From a virus: a DNA stretch of 64,000 nucleotides. Positions 35,906-43,638 of this stretch are shown here, in pieces. The DNA lies in IMG/VR virus record IMGVR_UViG_3300025030_000054, positions 32,001 to 96,000 of that record; one strand, given 5' to 3'. Position numbers and translations under genes: made by a program. The notes under the pieces were generated by a model. The model saw nothing but the letters and a program-made list of their open reading frames with translations. It searched no databases and was not told where the DNA came from. Each line of letters starts with the position of its first letter. The stretch's first letter is position 1.

Positions 35906-37776
35906 TAGTATTCAAAAAGATAATCGCTAAGGACTGCTTTGCTTTTGAGTACTTGGAGTTCGATTTTATATCTGGAATTCATAGCATTGTAGGAGTTAAC
36001 GGAGCAAGTAAGACAAGTCTGCTTCTAGCACTGTCGCAAGGATTATTTAACAAGAACCCTAAGAACACAAGGATAGATGATGTATCGAATTACATTACAG
36101 GCCAGCCTTATGAAATTAAAATCTTCTTCGATAAAGACGGGGATCAATTTGAAATCACTAACTCCAGAAAAAGTGGAAGCATCAATGTCAAGGTTAATGG
36201 AAAGGACATTTCCCTCAAAACCATTCCACAAAATCTAGAGCTGATTAAAAGGATTATTGGAGACGAGTATTCGACGTTTATTAATGTAACTTACCAAGCC
36301 TCTGATTCAGCACTTGACTTGCTGGAGGAATCTAGTGATGCAGCTAGAAAGAACTTCATCAACAAGATTCTTAAGTTTGACGAGTTAGACGAGAAGCTGG
36401 CCAACTGTAAAGAGAAACTGAAAAGACTGAAACTGATCCACAAAGATAAGCAGGACCAGCTAAGTCAATGGCAAGGTAATTTGCTGCCAATGCGGGAAGT
36501 AGTTGAGAAGGTTGATACCACTAAGTTAATTGAAGAAGTAACTCTCAGACTAAAGGCAAGGGACTCAGCAGACTGGTACAGAAACGACAGGTCTATTGCT
36601 AAGGTTGAAGAAGCCGCTAAAAGAAAAGCCTACAACGAGTACAAAAATGCAGTAGCTCAGATAGATATTGTAAGGGCTAAGTTAAGTGCTATTGAGGTGC
36701 CTTCTAGGAGTTCTGAGGTAGTTGAGAAAGAGCTTGCAAAATCAAATGAAGAATTAGCTAGGGTTAGATCTTCTTACAACGAGGCAGAAAATAAGCTAAG
36801 TGAACTTCAAGAGCCTGAGCTAACTTGTTCTAGATGTGGCCAGTCAGTAGCCGCAGAGCAAGCCCTCACGATGTATCAAGAAGATGTGGCTAAGTTTACT
36901 TCTCAGCTAAACGAAGCAAAGCAGGAAAAGATTAGGCTGTTAAATACCTTAAATGAACTCTTAGAACAAAAGAGAGTGTGGTCTGCTATATCTGAGTTAA
37001 GCAGCAGGAAAGATATTCTAGAAAGTGCTTTGGTAGTTGTCGAAGAGGCTGATGAAACAAGTTATAACAAGGCTTGTGCTGACCATGATTATGCTGTACA
37101 GAATTATCAAGAAGCCGTAGAAGCGCACACCAAAGCTACGAATGATCTGAATGCAGCAATTAGGCACAACGACATGTCAGCTATGATGGAAAAGCTAAAC
37201 AAGGAAGCGGCTGAGTCTAACAAACAAGCTACGGTAAGGATTAATAAACTCACTGAAGAACTACAAGAAGTAGAAAAGAGAATGGACCTACTAGACAACT
37301 GGACGAGAATCCTTGGGCCTAATGGTTACAGAGTCCATAGCATGAGCCGGTTCCTTAAAGTGCTAAATCAGACTATGGATAAGTACGCAGATATCATTTC
37401 AGGTGGGAGGATTAAATGTACCTTCTATGTTACTGAAGAGGGTAAGGTAGACTTCTCCGTAGTGGACCCTGATAAGAAGGTGCCGTTTGCTAATTGGAGT
37501 AAGGGAGAGCAAGCTAGGGTTAAACTTGCATGTCTCTTTTCGGTCATTGAATTGTTGGAAGTTATGGGTTCTGCGAGTTACAATGTGTTAGTGCTTGATG
37601 AAATATTTAGTGCGCTGGACGATGAAGGAAAGGAGGGATTATTTGAGGTACTTTCTTATTTACGATCTAATGGTAAGTGCATCTACACTATCAGTCACAC
37701 ACCTTTGGTCAATCCTGTGGTGTTCGACAGTGCTATTCAAGTGGTGAAGGAAAATGGATTGGCTAGGATAATTTAG
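35902..37776 (+). CDS. sbcC: SbcC/Rad50-like ATPase
   Basis: GVNGASKT, coiled coil with CSRCGQ hook, WSKGEQ, LVLDE, ISH. Confidence 0.93.
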   Translation: MIVFKKIIAKDCFAFEYLEFDFISGIHSIVGVNGASKTSLLLALSQGLFNKNPKNTRIDDVSNYITGQPYEIKIFFDKDGDQFEITNSRKSGSINVKVNGKDISLKTIPQNLELIKRIIGDEYSTFINVTYQASDSALDLLEESSDAARKNFINKILKFDELDEKLANCKEKLKRLKLIHKDKQDQLSQWQGNLLPMREVVEKVDTTKLIEEVTLRLKARDSADWYRNDRSIAKVEEAAKRKAYNEYKNAVAQIDIVRAKLSAIEVPSRSSEVVEKELAKSNEELARVRSSYNEAENKLSELQEPELTCSRCGQSVAAEQALTMYQEDVAKFTSQLNEAKQEKIRLLNTLNELLEQKRVWSAISELSSRKDILESALVVVEEADETSYNKACADHDYAVQNYQEAVEAHTKATNDLNAAIRHNDMSAMMEKLNKEAAESNKQATVRINKLTEELQEVEKRMDLLDNWTRILGPNGYRVHSMSRFLKVLNQTMDKYADIISGGRIKCTFYVTEEGKVDFSVVDPDKKVPFANWSKGEQARVKLACLFSVIELLEVMGSASYNVLVLDEIFSALDDEGKEGLFEVLSYLRSNGKCIYTISHTPLVNPVVFDSAIQVVKENGLARII

Positions 37777-37785
37777 GAGGAAATT

Positions 37786-38040
37786 ATGTGTGAGAAACAA
37801 TATGGCGGCAGAAGTCCTTACGATGACCGCCCCTTTGGGGTACGAGAGACGGGTAGTAAAAAATCAACTAACTTGCTCAAAAAGACTTTTGGTTGGACAA
37901 TGATAAGCATAGCAATTTCAATGTATGTGGTGACAGTTATCGTAGGACTTGGGGGAGGTTTTCTGGCAGTACTGATGGCTTTTGGGGTAGTTGTCTTCTT
38001 AGGGCTAATCTTCTGGGGCACTCACCTACTAACCAGCTAA
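37786..38040 (+). CDS. Small two-TM membrane protein
   Basis: Two hydrophobic stretches; AGGAGG RBS. Confidence 0.65.
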   Translation: MCEKQYGGRSPYDDRPFGVRETGSKKSTNLLKKTFGWTMISIAISMYVVTVIVGLGGGFLAVLMAFGVVVFLGLIFWGTHLLTS

Positions 38041-38041
38041 C

Positions 38042-39547
38042 ATGCTAGAAATAAAAGAAACAGACGTAGGCAAAATCATAGAGCTAACCATAGAGATGCA
38101 GCAAGCTAAATTTTATCCTGCTAAAAGAAAAATTCTCATATCATCTTTAACGTCACTAAAAGAATCTGAGAAATGGTTGCTCAATTTTTGTTGTTGGCAG
38201 TGCTTGTTCAACTCAAGGTTCAAGGCTATAGATGCAGATAAACTCTGTCTGTATGAACCAGCAAAAACCAACAAAACTACCTTTCAAGACTTCCTGAAAA
38301 TAGTTAAAAAGTTTGATAGTAAAAGAGTTTCACCGTCGCGTTTAAAACCACTGCTACAATTCCTAGCAAACTGTGACGAGAAGCACCGAAACTTTTACCT
38401 AGCACTCTTTACCAAGGACTTTATAAACTATTTTCCGGCACTTGAAATACAAACCCTATTAGACTTAGACAGCATCAGTGGGGAGAAAGTGTACGGAGAA
38501 CCTGAATATCTCAAGACTAGTTTTTCTGAGCTACGTTACCCCGTATCTCTACGTAGAATATCATCTAAAAAACTGACTCCTTATATCATTGCTAAAGAGC
38601 CTCTGTCAACGATGCTGCTAACAAAAACAGAAGAAGGGTACAAAAGAGTTGTCAAATCGCCTCATATAAAGATTGACATAAAACTTTCAACAACTCCTAG
38701 ATTCGCTGTTGCTGGTTTCTATGATTCCGACACGTATTATCCTACGGACTGTTTTAGTTATTGGGAAAGTTGTGCTGTGTATCTTAAGGGGATTGATCTT
38801 GACCAGCACCTTTATAGCAACAGAATAAGTGACCTAAATAACTTCGTAGATAGGAGCATGTTGGTACACACAGATTCTTCTAAGTCATATTTTGCAACGT
38901 CTGAACAGGAAGTCATAGATGCAATTGCAGACTTGGCTAAAGGGTCAATGATTTCAGATATCTTGGTTTTGGATTCTGAAAGCACTCGTACAGGGGAAGC
39001 CTACCGAATTATTTGCAGAACTGCTTCAGGTATTATTGAGAGTGTGTCTGAGAATTACATTTCTGTGTGGGCTAATGGTGAGCTAGTAAATTGCTACTAT
39101 AAGTTTGAAGGTAAAGAACAGGCTCTGCTGACTGCTCCTGAATTACTTAAAGACCGTGTGATGGAATTCTATTACGTCAAAATAGGTAATACCGAATACT
39201 CCATCGGTAAGGGGGTGTGCTGGCATCGTGAAAGGTGGAGGGAGATGAGGCTGAGAGGGACTAACATATGGATTGATAAATGTGCGTTGTGTGGCTCCAC
39301 CCAACACAAACACGCTAACAGAGGTGTCTGCATTTCCTGCGAAGCCAACCTCCATTACTACTATGATACTTACGGCGTGGGAAACTGGATACAGCCTAGC
39401 CAGCAAATGATTAAGAAACGGTACGAGTCAGTGTGGAAGCCTAGTGCTTTGAATTTGGTTAAGTACAGATATAAAGGGACAACCCTAGAAGCTAATGAAA
39501 CGGGTGAGTGGAGATTCACCCAAGGAGATTTGAATGAGCAAGACTAA
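38042..39547 (+). CDS. Large hypothetical protein; N-terminus resembles the DNA-binding domain of the ligase; C-terminal zinc finger
   Basis: LLQFLANCDEKHRNFYLALFTKDF vs ligase IKRLLAKCTEDGANWVCKIISKDL; CALC..CISC. Confidence 0.7.
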   Translation: MLEIKETDVGKIIELTIEMQQAKFYPAKRKILISSLTSLKESEKWLLNFCCWQCLFNSRFKAIDADKLCLYEPAKTNKTTFQDFLKIVKKFDSKRVSPSRLKPLLQFLANCDEKHRNFYLALFTKDFINYFPALEIQTLLDLDSISGEKVYGEPEYLKTSFSELRYPVSLRRISSKKLTPYIIAKEPLSTMLLTKTEEGYKRVVKSPHIKIDIKLSTTPRFAVAGFYDSDTYYPTDCFSYWESCAVYLKGIDLDQHLYSNRISDLNNFVDRSMLVHTDSSKSYFATSEQEVIDAIADLAKGSMISDILVLDSESTRTGEAYRIICRTASGIIESVSENYISVWANGELVNCYYKFEGKEQALLTAPELLKDRVMEFYYVKIGNTEYSIGKGVCWHRERWREMRLRGTNIWIDKCALCGSTQHKHANRGVCISCEANLHYYYDTYGVGNWIQPSQQMIKKRYESVWKPSALNLVKYRYKGTTLEANETGEWRFTQGDLNEQD

Positions 39548-39890
39548 AGAAACCAAAGAAGAACTTTACAACATGTCTCAAGAAGACCTGATCGAATTGC
39601 ATAGAAGTACAACTGCTAAATGTCTGGAAGTTATGATGAAGAAGAACAATGACTATACTTCTGGAGGTAGCGTCTTTGCTAATTTTAACGGGTCAACTGC
39701 CTTAGGAGTTCATCCTGTAATTGGGATTCTGCTAAGGTCTCTGGACAAGTTTAAAAGGATTCAGACCTTCGTAACTACTGGAGGGTTGGCTGTAGAAGGT
39801 GAGGGAGTTTTGGACGCTATAGATGACGTGGTAAATTACATGATACTTGCTAAAGGGATTATTATTGAACAGCAGCGCAGAGGTAAGTAA
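39534..39890 (+). CDS. DUF1599/nucleotide-modification-associated (Nmad1-like) all-alpha protein
   Basis: KKNNDY...NF...DKFKR...EGVLDAIDDVVNY. Confidence 0.7.
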   Translation: MSKTKETKEELYNMSQEDLIELHRSTTAKCLEVMMKKNNDYTSGGSVFANFNGSTALGVHPVIGILLRSLDKFKRIQTFVTTGGLAVEGEGVLDAIDDVVNYMILAKGIIIEQQRRGK

Positions 39891-40065
39891 TGACTAAAAA
39901 TGACTGTAGTGTTATCTCGTACATAGATGAAGAATGTTCCTGTGTAAGGACTTTTAAGTATTGGTACCTAGGCGCAGCACAGCAGAAAGTAGAGGCTCTG
40001 AAGAAACTTGGCTATAAGTATGTATGGTGTTTTAAAGGTAGCCGTCAGATATAAAAGGAAAACTA

Positions 40066-40599
40066 ATGATTATAGGCATAGATCAATCAAAGCGAAGCAC
40101 GGCTGTTGTCTGTATGGATTTGGCAGGTAGGGTAGTTGACTTCCTTTTGATAAACCCTTCTAAAGAACTTGACGGAGAAATTTTAATAGCTTATCAATGG
40201 GATCTTATAGATAGTTTTGTAAGTGCTTACCGAAGTGATTTGAAGGGTATCGCTCTAGAAGGACTCAGCTTTAATTCTGTAGGCTCTGGGAAAGATTTGC
40301 TTGCAGGGATATTTTGGGCAGTTCGGCTAAACTTGTATAAGAAGTTTCCTGAAATACCTGTCGGAGTTATTCCCTCTGCAAGTTGGCGTAGCGCGTTAAT
40401 TGACAAAGAGAAGCGGAAGAAGATTAAAGAGTTAGGTATAAAAGATGGTCTTAAAAGGGCTACTGTAGATGAACTTCCTTTTGAGGTGCGTGTTAGATTT
40501 GAGAATTATATTCGTGAGAATGGAATTAAGAAAGAGGCGTTGTGGGATTTGGCTGATGCATTTGGGATAGCGAAGTATAGACTGGGTTTGGAGAGCTAG
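40066..40599 (+). CDS. ruvC: RuvC-like Holliday junction resolvase
   Basis: IIGIDQS, IALEGL, SWR, DLADAFGIA. Confidence 0.85.
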   Translation: MIIGIDQSKRSTAVVCMDLAGRVVDFLLINPSKELDGEILIAYQWDLIDSFVSAYRSDLKGIALEGLSFNSVGSGKDLLAGIFWAVRLNLYKKFPEIPVGVIPSASWRSALIDKEKRKKIKELGIKDGLKRATVDELPFEVRVRFENYIRENGIKKEALWDLADAFGIAKYRLGLES

Positions 40600-40628
40600 A
40601 AATTAGAATTTTGGTAGGAAGGTGTTTT

Positions 40629-41540
40629 ATGGGCGGTAAAGTAAAAGATTTGGTGGGAAAGACTTTTGGCCTGTGGACCGTAAAGTACATGACCAAAAAG
40701 ATCACAGGATACGGAGCCTATTGGCATTGTGTTTGTGAGTGTGGTACTGAGAGGGAAATTAGAGGGTCTGCACTAAAGAATAGATCGGTCTATTCTTGCG
40801 GTTGTAAGAATCGCAGGATACTAGCCGCTGAGAGGTTTCCAGAAACGGGATCTAAGGAGTACTACTCAGAGGTCATAGCAAAAGCAGCAGACCCTTCGGG
40901 GCTAAGGATAGGATCACTTACAATATTAAACTTAGTGCCCAAAGAACAAAGAATGCGTAGCAGGGATAGAGACGTAATTTGCAAATGTGACTGCGGTAAG
41001 ATTATTCAGAGAAGTGTGCACAGTTTGAAGAGAACCCACTCCTGCGGGTGTCTTCGCACTCCTAACTTAAAAGGCAAAACGTTTGGGCGTATCACAGTAA
41101 CGTCAGAACCCTATAAGCTAGATGGAGTTTTGGTGGCGGATTACTTATGCATTTGTGGCAATACAGGGTCTGCTCCAAACACCGTGCTACATAGGGGCGG
41201 AACTACCTCATGCGGTGTAGGTATTTGTCACTACAGTTATAACCCGACGCTAACCGAAGAGGATAGAGTTAGAGGTAGGAAATACGAAGAGTATTATGAA
41301 TGGAGAAGAGGAGTATACGCTAGGGATAATTATGTGTGTGTTGTTTGTGGTACTAAAGGGGATATACAGGCACATCACATACTAGCGTATAAAGCCTACC
41401 CAGAACATCAGACTGTATTACCTAACGGCATAACTCTTTGCAGACCCTGCCACGAATCTTTTCACGATGTGTATGGTAAGGGAGATAACAACCTAATGCA
41501 GTTAATAGAATGGAACCCACTAAAAGGAGTATTGACTTAA
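40629..41540 (+). CDS. HNH homing endonuclease with three N-terminal zinc repeats
   Basis: Repeats DL.GKTFG..W.C.C.CG...SCGC; C-terminal RDNYVCVVCG..AHH..NGITLCRPCH. Confidence 0.88.
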   Translation: MGGKVKDLVGKTFGLWTVKYMTKKITGYGAYWHCVCECGTEREIRGSALKNRSVYSCGCKNRRILAAERFPETGSKEYYSEVIAKAADPSGLRIGSLTILNLVPKEQRMRSRDRDVICKCDCGKIIQRSVHSLKRTHSCGCLRTPNLKGKTFGRITVTSEPYKLDGVLVADYLCICGNTGSAPNTVLHRGGTTSCGVGICHYSYNPTLTEEDRVRGRKYEEYYEWRRGVYARDNYVCVVCGTKGDIQAHHILAYKAYPEHQTVLPNGITLCRPCHESFHDVYGKGDNNLMQLIEWNPLKGVLT

Positions 41541-42130
41541 TGACCAGTATAGCAGAAACATTCTTCAGTCAGGAGTTAAATGATATGACTGATGATTCAA
41601 TTCGTAATTTTTCGACTTATGTTTTAGATAATGCTCCACACTATTTTTCGTTGTGCCCTGCGTCTTCTTCAAAACGATATCACTCTAAGCAGTCTAATCA
41701 GATGCCTGGAGGACTAATAAACCACACAAGGGCGGTGGCTTATTTTATCGGAATACTTTGTAGAGGTTATAACATTGAGGGTAAAGCTAAAGATAAGATA
41801 GTAGCATCTGGACTTTTCCACGATGAACTTAAGCTTGGTTTGCCTATGCAGCGTTACACAGACCCTCACCACCCACGTAAAGGTGCAGACTTTGTATACT
41901 CCCTTTACAAACAATATACAGCAGAAGGGGGTGTAGTTGACAAAGATGATGTTATAGAAATTTGTAGAGCTTTGAATTTTCATCATGGCAGGTGGACCGA
42001 AGAAAAGTATCGTAAAAAATTTCCTGAAGAATATACTACACCAGAACTTATACTTCACCTAGCAGACTTAATCTCAGCGGGTAAAGAAGTAAACCTAGAG
42101 TTCCTAGAGCAGGCTTCTCTAATAGGCTAA
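41540..42130 (+). CDS. HD-domain phosphohydrolase
   Basis: PAS..YH..GGL..HT..V, LFHDELK, HP, FHHGRW, LHLAD. Confidence 0.85.
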   Translation: MTSIAETFFSQELNDMTDDSIRNFSTYVLDNAPHYFSLCPASSSKRYHSKQSNQMPGGLINHTRAVAYFIGILCRGYNIEGKAKDKIVASGLFHDELKLGLPMQRYTDPHHPRKGADFVYSLYKQYTAEGGVVDKDDVIEICRALNFHHGRWTEEKYRKKFPEEYTTPELILHLADLISAGKEVNLEFLEQASLIG

Positions 42131-42330
42131 AAAATTCTCCAGCAAGGAGGCAAACAAAATGGTTAATAAAAATGATAACACAATTAACAACCAAAGCAAC
42201 AAACTAAAAGACCTTTACCAGCAAGCCAAGGAGGTTGAGGAGCGGCTGACTTCTCTGTCTAAAAATCAAAAGTACCTTCTTAAGAAACATGAAAGGCTGT
42301 GTAAAGAAATTATAAGGGAGGAAAAGAAAC

Positions 42331-42777
42331 GTGGGTAAGATTAATGTTAAGATCAAACAAATGAAAGATGGTAGGCATCCCCTCCCTAAATATGCTCATA
42401 AAGGTGACGCAGGAGTTGACTTCTATGCTTACCTTGATGAACCCCTCAGACTGTTTGCAGGGGACCGAGCACTCATCCCTTTGGGCGTCGCTGTGAGTTT
42501 GCCTGACGGGTACGAACTTCAGTTGCGCCCTAGGTCTGGGTTGGCACTTAAGAAAGGAATTTCGCTCTGCAATGCGCCAGGCACTGTGGATTGCGGATTT
42601 TTGAACGAAGTTGGCGCTATTATTATCAATCACGGCTCTGAGATGGTAGTCATCAACGACGGCGAACGGATCTGTCAAGGAGTTTTTAATGAATATTCAG
42701 AAGCAACATTCGAAGAAGTCGATGAACTGGATGACACCGAAAGAGGCACTAACGGTTTCGGAAGCACAGGGGTCTAA
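42331..42777 (+). CDS. dut: Trimeric dUTPase
   Basis: AGVD, RPRSGLA, GTVD, GERICQ, RGTNGFGSTG. Confidence 0.96.
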   Translation: MGKINVKIKQMKDGRHPLPKYAHKGDAGVDFYAYLDEPLRLFAGDRALIPLGVAVSLPDGYELQLRPRSGLALKKGISLCNAPGTVDCGFLNEVGAIIINHGSEMVVINDGERICQGVFNEYSEATFEEVDELDDTERGTNGFGSTGV

Positions 42778-43525
42778 TATTTATACTCCTAAATTTATTG
42801 GCAGGAAAACCTCTTGGACAACTAAACAAACTACCGAAACAAATAACTGCAATCACCGACCAGAGACTACTGGAGATTTGATTCAGGACATTTACAGAGA
42901 ACACCTTCAACATAGGCAAATTATAATCAACGAAGTAATTACCGACCAGTCCGTTAGCACGGTAGCCCTTCAGATTATGAAATTCAATGAAGAAGATGAC
43001 GAAAGAACTATGTGTGAGGTAGGATATGATAGAATGTCCAATCCTATAACTTTGAAAATCTCTTCTGATGGTGGGCATGTTGATGCTGGTTTAGCTATTA
43101 TTTCCCAGATCGTTTCAAGTAATACTCCTGTGATTGGCGTGGCGGTTGGTGCTTGTTCCTCTATGAGTGCTTTGATTCTTGTAAGTTGTCATGCCAGATT
43201 TTGTGGGAAATATAGCAGAATTATGCTACATAGCCTGTTCGGTGGCAATGCAGATAAATTTAGAGGACTAACTGAGCACGCCGACGAGGTAACTAAACTC
43301 CAAGCGGTTCTGGATTCTATCGTTACAGATCGCACTCTAATTACCCAAAAAGAGCTGGATGAACTGCATGACAGAAAACGTGACTGGTTCTTGAACAGCA
43401 GTGAAGCTGTTGATTTGGGGGTAGTTGATGAAGTAATTGGGGTAGGAATTCAGATGAGTCCTATGAAAGCACGTAAAAAGAATGTGAAGGCTGCTGGTAA
43501 AGGGAAGGGTAGGGTTGTGGGTTAA
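42689..43525 (+). CDS. clpP: ClpP-family serine protease (start uncertain)
   Basis: ISSDGG, CSSMS (Ser), SRIMLH (His), RDWFL (Asp), EAVDLGVVD. Confidence 0.85.
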   Translation: MNIQKQHSKKSMNWMTPKEALTVSEAQGSNIYTPKFIGRKTSWTTKQTTETNNCNHRPETTGDLIQDIYREHLQHRQIIINEVITDQSVSTVALQIMKFNEEDDERTMCEVGYDRMSNPITLKISSDGGHVDAGLAIISQIVSSNTPVIGVAVGACSSMSALILVSCHARFCGKYSRIMLHSLFGGNADKFRGLTEHADEVTKLQAVLDSIVTDRTLITQKELDELHDRKRDWFLNSSEAVDLGVVDEVIGVGIQMSPMKARKKNVKAAGKGKGRVVG

Positions 43526-43537
43526 TAGTATTTTAAG

Positions 43538-43569
43538 GTAATAAAAAGATAGTGTTTTAGGTATATAAT
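43538..43569 (+). promoter_or_regulatory. Phage-type promoter
   Basis: GTAATA-N17-GTATATAAT upstream of nrdD. Confidence 0.65.
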
Positions 43570-43638
43570 TAAGTGTCACTAAAAGGGGTGGGTCAAACCG
43601 CCCCTTTAATTTTAACTTTAGCAAGAGGAGTTTTAAAA

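Noticed and set aside
39534-42130. 2-aminoadenine (Z-genome) pathway
   Set aside because: HD and all-alpha hydrolases are present but no PurZ is seen; the HD protein alone is not diagnostic
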